From Gemmatimonadota bacterium (GTDB taxonomy: Bacteria > Gemmatimonadota > Gemmatimonadetes > Gemmatimonadales > GWC2-71-9), in assembly GCA_041488455.1 (NCBI GenBank), contig JBGPPG010000004.1:143-64142 (forward strand): 64,000 bases of DNA, given 5' to 3'. Position 1 is the first letter of the stretch, and every line of letters begins with the position of its first letter. Both the position numbers and the translations under genes were made by a program. A model generated the notes under the pieces. It worked only from the letters and a program-made list of their open reading frames with translations, had not been told where the DNA came from and searched no databases. This document shows, in pieces, positions 18,707-28,115 of this stretch.

Positions 18707-18877
18707 CGAGGCCGACTCCTTCTCCTCCGCTTTCGCCTTGATCTCTTCCAGCTCGCCCTGATACCGCCGCATCCGCTCCGTCAGCACCGGCTTGCCTGCT
18801 GCCAGATGCGGAGCCGCTGCCGCCTCCGCGACCGCCTCGCGGAGCTTCTCGGCCTCGACTCCGGGTTGCTCGGGCAT
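18683..18877 (-). CDS. Small coiled-coil hypothetical protein
   Basis: ORF with a Glu/Lys-rich heptad-like sequence. No clear RBS. Confidence 0.3.
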   Translation of the reverse strand: MPEQPGVEAEKLREAVAEAAAAPHLAAGKPVLTERMRRYQGELEEIKAKAEEKESASSCSAGTW

Positions 18878-19244
18878 GGATCCGGAGGTTGAAAAGGGCG
18901 CCGACCGGCCCGGGGAAAGGCAGGGCGGGCCAATGCACACGGAAGGCCCTTCAACGACGCCTGTTCGATCCGCGTAGTTCTCGTCGAGGCAATCTCGCGG
19001 CCCTTTCGGGTGGGCCGTCCCAGCGGATCGGAGGGGTTGTGATCGTCACCATCGTGACGCTGTTCTACTCCGGCCTGCTGCTTGCCAAGTCACTCCTCTT
19101 CCGGTTGGCGCTGACCTGCCGTTCCGCGGTGAGACCCCTCACACACCCTGGAGCCAGTCCCCGGCACAGGCCGTAGTCGATCCGCGGCGGCGTCGTTTCT
19201 GCAGGACCGATCTGGAGGCTCGACTCGACTTGCAGGAGGCGTGA

Positions 19245-20402
19245 GTGCGCATTGCGCTTATCGCTGAGGACTACTACCCCCAGCTTGGCGGCGTCCCCGA
19301 ACACGTACACAATCTGGCGCTCCAGTTCCGCGCACGAGGTCACACCGTCACGATCGTGACCTCGAGGATGCAGGAGCTCCATCGGGACGACGACTTCGTG
19401 AAGCGGGTCGGACGGAGCCTGGTCATCTATGCCAACGGGGGTGTGTCGCGAATCACCCTGGGCCTCCGCCTCCGGCAGCGCCTGGAGGCGCTGTTTCGCG
19501 GCAATTTCGACGTGGTGCACGTGCATGGCGGGCTGGCGCCGACCTTCGGAGTCCTCGCCCCTCTCGCGGCGCGCCGGGCGGGCATCCCCGTCGTCGCGAC
19601 ATTCCATTGTTGGTTCGAGAGCTCGCCGGCCTGCGTCGTGCTTCGCCGTCCGCTCCAACGGCTGCTCGATCTGCACGCCGCGCGGATCGCCGTCAGCGCG
19701 CCTGTGGTCGACGCGATGTCGCGCTACTTCCGCGCCCACTGGGACGTCATTCCCAACGGAGTGGACCTGAGCCACTTCCAGCCGACGGGCCGGCGCCCGC
19801 CGGGACCGGGAACGTTCGCCCCCAGGCTCCTATTCCTCCATCGGCTGGAGCCGCGGAACCACCTTGGCACGCTGCTCGAGGCCATGCCGGGGATCCTCGC
19901 CCGATTTCCGGCGGCCCAGCTCGCCGTGGCGGGCGACGGTCCCTGGCGCCGCTATTACGAGCGCCAGGCCGCCCCACTCGGGTCCGCCGTCCGCTTCCTG
20001 GGGCGGATCACTGATCGCCCCGCGGAATACCGCTCGGCCGATCTGTACCTGTGCCCGACCACCCAAGGGTCCTTCGGCATCACCCTGCTCGAAGCGATGG
20101 CCTGCGGAACGCCGATGGTCGTGGCCGACAGTCCCGGTTTCCAGGCGCTCGTAAACGGAGGCCGCGAGGCGGTAACGCTCCCCCATGACGATCCTGCCCG
20201 GTGGTCCGAGACGATCGTGGGACTGCTGGGCGATCCCGCACGGCGACGGGCGATGAGTGCGGCCGGGGTGGCCAAGGCGGCCCGCTACGCATGGCCCCTC
20301 GTGGCCGAGCAGGTGCTGGCGGTCTACCGGCGGGTCCTGCACAGCGCGCCGAGCCCCCGACGCCAGCGTGCGAGGAGGCTGGTGCTCGTTCGTCTTCAAT
20401 AG
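19245..20402 (+). CDS. Glycosyltransferase family 4 (GT-B fold)
   Basis: MRIALIAEDYYPQLGGVPEHV N-terminus and a C-terminal EX7E-type region (GITLLEAMACGTPMVVAD). Confidence 0.85.
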   Translation: MRIALIAEDYYPQLGGVPEHVHNLALQFRARGHTVTIVTSRMQELHRDDDFVKRVGRSLVIYANGGVSRITLGLRLRQRLEALFRGNFDVVHVHGGLAPTFGVLAPLAARRAGIPVVATFHCWFESSPACVVLRRPLQRLLDLHAARIAVSAPVVDAMSRYFRAHWDVIPNGVDLSHFQPTGRRPPGPGTFAPRLLFLHRLEPRNHLGTLLEAMPGILARFPAAQLAVAGDGPWRRYYERQAAPLGSAVRFLGRITDRPAEYRSADLYLCPTTQGSFGITLLEAMACGTPMVVADSPGFQALVNGGREAVTLPHDDPARWSETIVGLLGDPARRRAMSAAGVAKAARYAWPLVAEQVLAVYRRVLHSAPSPRRQRARRLVLVRLQ

Positions 20403-20427
20403 TGATCCCGCTCCTTCGAGGACGGCC

Positions 20428-20946
20428 ATGCTGGCTCAACGTCTTCGCGGACTGCCGACCCGGCTGGTCCGCGCCTTCGCGCTCCCCTCCCTGTTGATGC
20501 TGGCCGCCTGCAAGGGTGACCCGACCGGCGTGCTTCCCTCGAGCGTCGGTGCTTCCGGGCCCCAGGCTACGGCTGGCGGCTCGATGCCCTCGGCGGGCGG
20601 CGCCACAGTCAACGTCGCCATTCAGGATTTCTCGTTCGCGCCGGCGATGATCACGGTGAAGGTCGGAACAACGGTGAAGTGGACCAACAACGGCCCGTCT
20701 TCACACACGGTCACGAGCGACGCCGGGAGGTGGGGCAGCGCCACCCTGGCCCCTCCCAACACGATGGGCATGGGCATGGGAATGGGAACGGGAATGGGAA
20801 TGGGTTACGGCACGGACGACATGGGCGGCGCCGGCGCGTCATTCCAGTTCACGTTCACCGAGCCCGGCACCTATGGGTATCACTGCACCATGCATCCGCC
20901 GGCCACTTATCCGGCGTTCGTCGGGGTCGTGACCGTCGTCCCCTGA
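20428..20946 (+). CDS. Cupredoxin-fold lipoprotein with an internal Met-Gly repeat
   Basis: Lipobox LLMLAAC, cupredoxin motifs (VKWTNNGPSSHTVTS, YGYHCTMHP) and the insert MGMGMGMGTGMGMGYG. Confidence 0.8.
   Translation: MLAQRLRGLPTRLVRAFALPSLLMLAACKGDPTGVLPSSVGASGPQATAGGSMPSAGGATVNVAIQDFSFAPAMITVKVGTTVKWTNNGPSSHTVTSDAGRWGSATLAPPNTMGMGMGMGTGMGMGYGTDDMGGAGASFQFTFTEPGTYGYHCTMHPPATYPAFVGVVTVVP
20764..20805 (+). repeat. Seven tandem hexanucleotide units (ATGGGC-like) encoding (Met-Gly)n
   Basis: ATGGGC ATGGGC ATGGGA ATGGGA ACGGGA ATGGGA ATGGGT, read directly. Confidence 0.9.
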
Positions 20947-21107
20947 GCGCCGCGCCCGGATCGGGCCGCCCCGCGCCGGCTGGGCCTGAGAGCCTCGGTC
21001 GGAACTCACTGACTTCCCGCGATCACCCTCACACCCGGTCGGCATGATCCACCCGGTCACACGGAGTGTGACCCGGGCGGTGGCCCTGCAGGCCCGGCTC
21101 CCTTAAG

Positions 21108-21878
21108 TTGGGGCCGATGACAGCCTCGCTCATTTCGCGGGTCCGGGAAGTCCTCGTCACCGGGCCCACTGCCTCGGCCGCGTTCGTGCGCCGGTTCGCG
21201 CACGAGACCCTGCCGCCGGGCTTGAGCCGGGTCCTTCCGAGCGGCCAAGACCTCTACGAGATCGCGCCCCAACTGGGGCGGCTGTTAGCCAACCTTGTCC
21301 TCCAGGACGGGCGGCGTCGCGTGCTCGAGTTCGGCGCCGGCGCCTCGTCCGAAGTGCTGGCGAGGGCGTTGGTCGAGATGGGTGGCGGGATGCTGACCTC
21401 GATCGAAGCCGATCCGGCGTGGTGCCGGGATCGGTGGTCGGCCGTGGAGGCGACGGGCGCCGATGCCGTGCTGGTGCCGGCGATCCTGCGGTTCGCGATC
21501 TCTCCCTTCGGGGCCTACTTCGCGCAGCCGGCCGCCATTCCAGCCGTGCGCGACCGGGGACCCTTCGACCTCGTCGTCGTGGACGCGCCTGACGGGCGCC
21601 ACGGCCGCACGGGAACGCTGCACCAGGTCGCGCCGTGGCTGGCGCGCGGTGCGCTGGTCGTGGTGGACGACGCTGCGAGGCCGTTCATCCAGGGGATGCT
21701 CGCCGGCTGGCTGCGGGTCTATCAGGGGCTCACGCTGCTGGGTCAGGATGTCTCGTTCGGCGGGCGCGGTGTGGCCGTGCTCCGCTGGGACGGCGGTCCG
21801 GCGACGTTCTCGCTCCGTTCCTGGCTCACCAGCGCGTACGAAGCGCTCAGCCTCCAACGGCGCCGACGGGAGCGATAA
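21108..21878 (+). CDS. Class I SAM-dependent methyltransferase-like protein
   Basis: VLEFGAGASSEVLARAL (motif I-like) and FDLVVVDAPDG. The start is uncertain (TTG 21108 or ATG 21117). Confidence 0.6.
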   Translation: MGPMTASLISRVREVLVTGPTASAAFVRRFAHETLPPGLSRVLPSGQDLYEIAPQLGRLLANLVLQDGRRRVLEFGAGASSEVLARALVEMGGGMLTSIEADPAWCRDRWSAVEATGADAVLVPAILRFAISPFGAYFAQPAAIPAVRDRGPFDLVVVDAPDGRHGRTGTLHQVAPWLARGALVVVDDAARPFIQGMLAGWLRVYQGLTLLGQDVSFGGRGVAVLRWDGGPATFSLRSWLTSAYEALSLQRRRRER

Positions 21879-21917
21879 CCCGGCAGAAACTCACCGTCCA
21901 AACGGGGCGGCCGTCGG

Positions 21918-24530
21918 TCAGTTCGCCGGCGGCCGTTGCCGTTCCCGCTCCCGGATCCCCACGGTCCGCTCCAGCTCGTCCGCGTGCTGGAGCACCTTTC
22001 GCCGAAGATCCAGCGGGAGATCCGGGTGCTGGGCGAGATACTCCCGCACGGTCCCGAGCGCGCGGTCGCCGGTCTGGCCGCCCAGGAATGCCCCGAGCCA
22101 GCCTTCCAGGAAGAAGATCCGCCGGTTCGCCTGGATGAAGGGCAGGGAGTCGAGCGCTGGGCGCAGATACGGGAGCGTGAGCGCCTCGTGCTCGATCGCG
22201 TTGAACGCATCGAGGCTTCCGGAGGCCCAGTCTTCGTTCAACGCCTGGTCCTCGAAGTAGCGTGAGAAGTACTCCCGTTTGGTCTCCGCGCTCCGCTTCC
22301 CCGCGCGCGCGACGAACGCGCGCCGCCGGCCGTCGGACGTCGTGTCCCTTGCGTCTTGTGCCGCGTATCGGTCTTCGGCCTGGGGTGCCGCGAGCACGAG
22401 CAGTCGCGTTACGATCTCCCAGCGGGTCGGGTCGCGCAGCGGCTCCCCGGCCGCGGAGTCTGCCGACAGAAGCGAGTCGAGCTTGGCGACCCCACCGGGC
22501 GAGGCCGCGAGGTCGATGAATGCGTCGAGATATGCCTTCCGAACGCCGTACGGGCTGGAGCCATCGCTCGCCCGATCCCACAGCGTCTTCTCCACCGCCG
22601 GAGCCAGGCTCTCCCGCTCACCCGGGCTCAGATACGCGGACACGGCGCGCCCGAGCCGGCCGAGCACGACCGGGACGATCTGCTCGTCGGGGTCGCGGGG
22701 CAGGTCACGGAGTGCCAGCCGTACGAAGCTGGTCGGCGCCATCCGAAACTGGCGCACCTCGTCCCAGAGCGCGCCCCACAGCATGGCGCGCAGAAACGGC
22801 TCGCCGACCCCTGCGAGCGCTCCGCCCTCGAGCGCGCGCACGCTGGCGCTGTCGAGCAGCAGCAGGAAGTAGCCGTAGTCCTGCGAGTTCGCGAACGCGA
22901 AAACCGGGGCGGGCAGCCCGCGCGCCCGGACGACGTCCGTGACGCCACCCGTGAGCTCGACCGGAATGCGCACCGGCGGCCGGTCCCCGTAGGCGAGCAG
23001 GACCTCGGTGCGCTCCGTCCACGGCCCCGGCCCCGAGAGCGGCTGCGCCGGGCGCTGGCTCAGCGTCAGCCCAGCGATCCGCCCGTCACGCACCTCGAGC
23101 CGTTGCTCTACAATCGGCATCCCCGGCCGCAGCATGAAGTCCCGGCCGAAGCCGGCGAGGGGCCGGCCTGCCGCACTGCCGATCGAGCCGAGCAGATCCC
23201 GCCAGGTCGCATTGCCGTAGGCGAACCGGACGAGGAAGCGTCGCACGCCCACCCGGAAAGCGGACTTGCCGACCAGATACTCCAGCTGCTTGAGCACGGC
23301 GGGCGCCTTGTTGTAGACGATCGCGCCGTAGTTGCTCTTGGCCTGGTCGAGATTGTCCAGCTCCTGCCAGAGTGGACGGGTCCCTAGGCTCTGGTCCACC
23401 CCGTAGGCGGGCGGCTTGTTCGCCAGGTAGAACGTCTTCCAGGCGCCGGCGGAGGAGTCGATTTCGGCGAGTGCCTCGGCCGCCATGAAGGTGGCGAAGC
23501 CTTCCTTGAGCCAGAGGTCGTCGAACCAGCGCGGCGTGACCAGGTCGCCGAACCACTGGTGCGCCACCTCGTGGAGGATGGTTGAGAAGCGGCCGAGCCG
23601 CCGAGGCAGCGTCGGCCGCTCGCGGAAGATGAAGCGGTCCTCGTTGTAGAACACCGCACCGGGATGCTCCATGCCGCCGAACGGGAAGGCGGGCGCGAGC
23701 ACAAAGTCGAACTTCTCGAACGGGAAACGACGGGCGAAGTACCGCTCCATCCAGTCGAGCGCCCGATGGTTCAAGGCGAGCAGGGTATCGAGGTCCGCCT
23801 CGCCCGCGCGCGAGCGGCGGACGTAAGCGTGCATGGTGCGGCCGTTCACGGTGGAGGTCGCGCGGTACCAGGGCCCAGCGGCGAAGGCGATCAGATACGT
23901 GCTGATCGGCCTGGTCTCGGTGAAGCGGCTCGTCACCTGGTCGCCGGAGGTGTCGGCGGAGGCTAGCGAGCCGTTCGCGACCACGGTCCACCCCGCCGCC
24001 GCGGTGAGCGAGAGGCGCACCCGGGCCTTCAGGTCCGGCTGGTCGAAGCAGGGAAAGAGCTGATTCGCGTCGGCCGGGACGAGGAGCGTGTACAGGTAAT
24101 CGCTCCCGTCCGCCGCATCGTGCGCCCGGATGATGCTGGCCCCGCTCGGCGCGATGTCGGCGACGAAGCTGAAGGCGACGGCGTTCTCTCCCGGCCGGAG
24201 GAGCTCTGCAGGGACGCGTATGTGAGCACCGTCGGCGGCGCCGGCCGGGAGCGCGCGGCCGTTCACCAGTCCTCCGGTGAGGCGGCGGCCCCGGAAGTCG
24301 AGGACCGCGTCGCCAGTCCCGAGGTGCCGGAAGCGCACCGTCACCGTCCCCACCGCGCTGTCAAGCGCAGTGACGTCGAGCGCCAAGTCGTACCGGACGT
24401 CGCGAACGGTGCGGGCGCGCCACTCGGCAAGGCGGCGGGACACGCCGTGGCCGGCCGGGTCCGCGGAAGAGTCGGCGGGCGCCGGGGTGACGAGTACTGG
24501 AGCGAGGATGACGAGGAGCGCGGCGATCAC
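21918..24530 (-). CDS. M1-family aminopeptidase (aminopeptidase N-like)
   Basis: GGMEHPG exopeptidase motif and HEVAHQWFGDLV...WLKEGFATF zinc site. Long helical C-terminal domain. Confidence 0.9.
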   Translation of the reverse strand: MIAALLVILAPVLVTPAPADSSADPAGHGVSRRLAEWRARTVRDVRYDLALDVTALDSAVGTVTVRFRHLGTGDAVLDFRGRRLTGGLVNGRALPAGAADGAHIRVPAELLRPGENAVAFSFVADIAPSGASIIRAHDAADGSDYLYTLLVPADANQLFPCFDQPDLKARVRLSLTAAAGWTVVANGSLASADTSGDQVTSRFTETRPISTYLIAFAAGPWYRATSTVNGRTMHAYVRRSRAGEADLDTLLALNHRALDWMERYFARRFPFEKFDFVLAPAFPFGGMEHPGAVFYNEDRFIFRERPTLPRRLGRFSTILHEVAHQWFGDLVTPRWFDDLWLKEGFATFMAAEALAEIDSSAGAWKTFYLANKPPAYGVDQSLGTRPLWQELDNLDQAKSNYGAIVYNKAPAVLKQLEYLVGKSAFRVGVRRFLVRFAYGNATWRDLLGSIGSAAGRPLAGFGRDFMLRPGMPIVEQRLEVRDGRIAGLTLSQRPAQPLSGPGPWTERTEVLLAYGDRPPVRIPVELTGGVTDVVRARGLPAPVFAFANSQDYGYFLLLLDSASVRALEGGALAGVGEPFLRAMLWGALWDEVRQFRMAPTSFVRLALRDLPRDPDEQIVPVVLGRLGRAVSAYLSPGERESLAPAVEKTLWDRASDGSSPYGVRKAYLDAFIDLAASPGGVAKLDSLLSADSAAGEPLRDPTRWEIVTRLLVLAAPQAEDRYAAQDARDTTSDGRRRAFVARAGKRSAETKREYFSRYFEDQALNEDWASGSLDAFNAIEHEALTLPYLRPALDSLPFIQANRRIFFLEGWLGAFLGGQTGDRALGTVREYLAQHPDLPLDLRRKVLQHADELERTVGIRERERQRPPAN

Positions 24531-24561
24531 GACGTGTGGAATCTGCTTCCGGCGGGTGGTC

Positions 24562-24900
24562 CTACCAATAGATGATCGTGGCGAGCAGCGGGTCCGAGGG
24601 GACGTCGGGAAGCCGGGCCGCAGGGTAGCTCAGCAGGACGGAGGCGAGGCCGATGTCCCGGCGCGCGGGGGCCGGGGCGTCGGCAAGCGGCGGTCCCGCC
24701 TGGGCGGCGAGACCGCTGGTCGCCTGCATCGTCGCTTGGGCCTCGCTCAGATCGATCACGGTGGCTGTGGCCACGATGGTCGCCCGGGCCTGGGCCGCTA
24801 CCGGAACCGCGGCCAGCGCGCACAGGCCGAGCGAGATGGAAAGACTCCTGCAACCAGCCACCAGACCTCCCGGCGACAACCAATCGAACGCCACCTCCAT
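24562..24900 (-). CDS. Small secreted hypothetical protein
   Basis: Signal-peptide-like SLSISLGLCALAAVPVAAQA. No family recognised. Confidence 0.4.
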   Translation of the reverse strand: MEVAFDWLSPGGLVAGCRSLSISLGLCALAAVPVAAQARATIVATATVIDLSEAQATMQATSGLAAQAGPPLADAPAPARRDIGLASVLLSYPAARLPDVPSDPLLATIIYW

Positions 24901-25015
24901 CGAGGCAGCTTCCGGGCCAGGAATGAGCATTTGCTAAGCCATTTATGCAAAGCAACTTGGGCTGCCAATCAGACGCCGTCCAGTGTGTGGTATCTCGACA
25001 CTCCGTTGCGTCGGC

Positions 25016-26473
25016 TCAGCGCACCAGAATCCAGTCCACCGAAACCGCGTTGCCTCCCCCGGGCGCCTCCTCGCAGCGCACATGGAAGCCCTGCGCGGTC
25101 TTGTCGGTCAGCCACACGCGGCGCGCGCCGGATGCCGGCTTGCCCCGGACGCTGGAGACGGAGCAGGTCACGAAGTAGGCGTCGTCAGGCTCCGGCGTCG
25201 GCAGCTTCACCTCGGCGTCGGTCGCGTTGCCGGTGAGGCTCACCGATCCCCGGAGGTTGCGGGCCGGGACCTGGGTACCCGATATGCCGTTGGTCACCAG
25301 CGGAGAGAAACCCTGCCCGTGCCGCAGATAGAAGCCGCCGGCGTCGTTGATGTCGTCACCGAGGAAGAGCGTCCCCCGGCCCTCGTCCGAGAGTATGCGA
25401 GGGACAGGCGCCGGGCCGGTGGACATCTGGGGGAAGAGCAGCTTGTTGTGGTTGGCGCCTTGATCCACCCGCATGTAGCCCGACTTGTAGACCGCCGGGC
25501 CGATGCCGTTCTTGAAGTTGGGCGTCAGCACGTGGTTCCCCGTGGCGTTCCCGGTGAAATGATAGGCAAAGTCGGGACTGCCGCCCGGCGGGCCGGCTCC
25601 GTGATCGATCCCGATGAACTTGTTCCGCGATCCGTCCACCTCGATCTGCGACGTGCCCTTCCCCCAGCCGGCGATCCCGCCGACGAACGAGCAGCCGATC
25701 GTGTGGCGGTTGAGCCGGATGAGCGGCCGGCCGGGGGCCCCGGTCTTCGGATCGCCGTGGCACTTGAGGGCGAAGAACTGGAGGGTGTCGGTGGGATTAG
25801 CGGCGGTGCCCGAAATGTCGAGATGGGTGGTGTCGGCGTTCGTCTCGATGTGCACGTTCAGGAATACCACGTTGTTCATGGACTCGGCGCCGGGCGATTC
25901 GGGCGAGCGGCACACCACGGCCGGGTCGGTCGCCGTGCCGCAGCTCTCCACGAACACGTCGTCGAGGATGGAGTCCCATGCGCCGTCCAGCACGAGTCCG
26001 GAGCCCCGGACGTTGCAGATGTACACCCGGTGCAGACTGAGTAGCGACTGCGCGGCCAGACTCACGGCGGTGCCCGGGAGCCCACCCCCGTCGACGGTCA
26101 GGTCCTCGATCGAGCAGCCGAACTCGGTGCGCCGGTGCCCGGCCGTGCAGCTGACCAGAGTCGAGGCGGTCGCCGCACCGCCCGGACGGATCCGCGTCAG
26201 CGTGCGCCCCTCGCCCCGCAGGTGCCACACTCGCGAGGACGGGAGCGCAATCGGGCCCGACACGACATAGTCCCCGGCGGGCAGGTGAACGATTCCGCCA
26301 GTCTTGGCTGCCTCGGCGACCGCGCGCTGCATTGCGCCGGTGTCGTCCGCCCGGCCGTCGCCGACGGCACCGAAGCGGCGGACGTCGAACACGCGGCCCG
26401 GCTCGGGGCCCTGAGCGAAAGGTCGCGGCACTGCCGTGAGAGCGAGACCACCGAGGAAAAGCCGCCGTTCCAC
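25016..26473 (-). CDS. Right-handed beta-helix (pectate-lyase-3/GH28-like) protein with a tail-fibre-like C-terminal domain
   Basis: FDVRRFGAVGDGRADDTGAMQRAV...GGIVHLPAGDY N-terminal signature. GTG 26473 lies 5 nt after AAGGAGG and gives a Tat-like ERRLFLGG signal. The C-terminus ends in ...GFHVRCEEA...VSVDWILVR. Confidence 0.8.
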   Translation of the reverse strand: MERRLFLGGLALTAVPRPFAQGPEPGRVFDVRRFGAVGDGRADDTGAMQRAVAEAAKTGGIVHLPAGDYVVSGPIALPSSRVWHLRGEGRTLTRIRPGGAATASTLVSCTAGHRRTEFGCSIEDLTVDGGGLPGTAVSLAAQSLLSLHRVYICNVRGSGLVLDGAWDSILDDVFVESCGTATDPAVVCRSPESPGAESMNNVVFLNVHIETNADTTHLDISGTAANPTDTLQFFALKCHGDPKTGAPGRPLIRLNRHTIGCSFVGGIAGWGKGTSQIEVDGSRNKFIGIDHGAGPPGGSPDFAYHFTGNATGNHVLTPNFKNGIGPAVYKSGYMRVDQGANHNKLLFPQMSTGPAPVPRILSDEGRGTLFLGDDINDAGGFYLRHGQGFSPLVTNGISGTQVPARNLRGSVSLTGNATDAEVKLPTPEPDDAYFVTCSVSSVRGKPASGARRVWLTDKTAQGFHVRCEEAPGGGNAVSVDWILVR

Positions 26474-26664
26474 ACGGGCCTCCTTTCCGAAGAGAGCTGG
26501 GACGAATGCGGGAGTCGCAATAAGTACGGATGAACTATGGCACATCAGGCCGCTCGCGGCATCTATGCTAGACTTCCAAGGATGCCTGCAGACTACACCA
26601 TCGACACACGCCCGGAGGCGAGCCGGGGTCCCCTGCGCCGACTCCCTGAAGAATCAGCTATCCT

Positions 26665-26682
26665 CGCTTCATCTCCGCTTCA
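26665..26682 (+). promoter_or_regulatory. Phased CTTCA direct repeat (2 units, 11-bp period)
   Basis: CGCTTCAtctcCGCTTCA, ending 46 nt before the USP ATG at 26728. Confidence 0.5.
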
Positions 26683-26727
26683 CGCTCCCGGTGCTAACGA
26701 TGCTCCCATCGTGCCAGGGAGGCCCTG

Positions 26728-27690
26728 ATGTATCGCCGGATTGTCGTGCCGCTCGATGGCTCCGCCTTCGCCGAGGCAGCGTTGCCCGCCGCGGCCGCGA
26801 TCGCGCACCGGACGGAGGGGTGCCTCGAGCTGCTGATGGTGCACCAGTCGCAGCTCACCGGTGCGAGCCCGACGGCCGCGATGGAGCTCGACGTCCGCCT
26901 CCGCCAGGGCGAGAGCGCCTACCTGACGCAGCAGGCGAGACGCATCCCGAGCCCCGAGATCGCGGTCACATCGGCGTTGCTCGACGGCCCGGTCGTATCG
27001 ACGCTGATCGCGCACGCGCGATCGACGAACGCCGATTTGGTCGTGATGAGCACGCATGGCCGGGGCGGAATCAGCCGCTTCTTCCTTGGCAGCACCGCTG
27101 ACCGGCTGGTCCGCGATCTCCATTGTCCGATCCTCCTCGTGCGTCCGACGCAGTCGCCGACCGCGTTCGGCCTAGGGAACGTTCGGCGGATTCTGATCCC
27201 CTTGGATGGCTCGCCGCTGGCCGAGTGCATCATCGACCAGCTGGGCACCTGCCTCTCGGGGATGCCCGCCTTGGAGCTGATCCGGGTGGTCGTGCCACCG
27301 ATCTTGACGCCGCCGCCAATGGCGGGCGCTTCGCCACCGATCGCCGCCGAAGTGCTCGACCAGAAGCTCGCCGTCGCCGACCAGTACCTTCAGGCGGTCG
27401 GCGCGAGGCTCCGGGCGCAGGGTTTCGCCGTTCGGGGCGCCGTGGTCCCCGATCTGAGCCCAGCCGCGGCGATCACCGCGCGCGCCGAGGAGCGCCAATG
27501 CGACGCCATCGCCCTCGCGACGCGTGGGTCGGGGGGCCTGGAGCGGGCGTTGCTCGGCAGCGTCGCCGACAAGGTGATCCGGACCGCGCAGGTCCCGGTG
27601 TTGGTGTGGAACCCGCCCGCCGACGCCGTGACTCGAGACCCGGACGCCAGGGCTGCCGCGGGCGCCGTGGGCACGGGGGTAGACGCGTGA
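26728..27690 (+). CDS. Tandem universal stress protein (USP)
   Basis: Two UspA-like halves, each with a STHGRGG...LGS(T/V)AD motif. GGGAGG RBS. Confidence 0.9.
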   Translation: MYRRIVVPLDGSAFAEAALPAAAAIAHRTEGCLELLMVHQSQLTGASPTAAMELDVRLRQGESAYLTQQARRIPSPEIAVTSALLDGPVVSTLIAHARSTNADLVVMSTHGRGGISRFFLGSTADRLVRDLHCPILLVRPTQSPTAFGLGNVRRILIPLDGSPLAECIIDQLGTCLSGMPALELIRVVVPPILTPPPMAGASPPIAAEVLDQKLAVADQYLQAVGARLRAQGFAVRGAVVPDLSPAAAITARAEERQCDAIALATRGSGGLERALLGSVADKVIRTAQVPVLVWNPPADAVTRDPDARAAAGAVGTGVDA

Positions 27691-28112
27691 CGCCGTCAAA
27701 GCGCGGTTCGGCCCTCCTAGCCGGCCTCGTGGTTCTGGTTGCCGGCGCAGCCGGGGCCCAGGTCAACCCGGAGCCACGGCCGGCGGGCGTGACGGACAGC
27801 GCGGTCGCGTGGGGGAAGGCGCTCTTCCACGGGTCGGCGAACTGCAGTGCCTGCCACGGCGCCGAGGGAAGCGGGACCGATGTAGGGCCGCCGCTGACCG
27901 GTGGCCTGTGGCTACACGGACCGGGCACTTACGAGTGGTTGGCCGACCAGATCCGGCGGGGAATCCCGGCGCATGGCTCGATGAGCGGACTGGCGATGCC
28001 GATGCGGGGTTGGTCGATGATGAGCGACCACGACGTGAGCGCCGTCGCGGCCTACGTCTGGTCGATCACTCACCCACCGCGATCTCCGCGGCCCATGCGA
28101 CGCTCGTCTTGA
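27687..28112 (+). CDS. Class I c-type cytochrome
   Basis: Signal peptide, haem motif CSACH and a distal Met region (GLAMPMRGW). GTG overlaps the USP stop. Confidence 0.8.
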   Translation: MTPSKRGSALLAGLVVLVAGAAGAQVNPEPRPAGVTDSAVAWGKALFHGSANCSACHGAEGSGTDVGPPLTGGLWLHGPGTYEWLADQIRRGIPAHGSMSGLAMPMRGWSMMSDHDVSAVAAYVWSITHPPRSPRPMRRSS

Positions 28113-28115
28113 GCG

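Noticed and set aside
19039-19179. A 46-aa hydrophobic ORF (GTG after GGAGG) upstream of the GT4 gene.
   Set aside because: The RBS is plausible, but the C-terminal half has poor coding character and I recognise no homolog. It is left unannotated.
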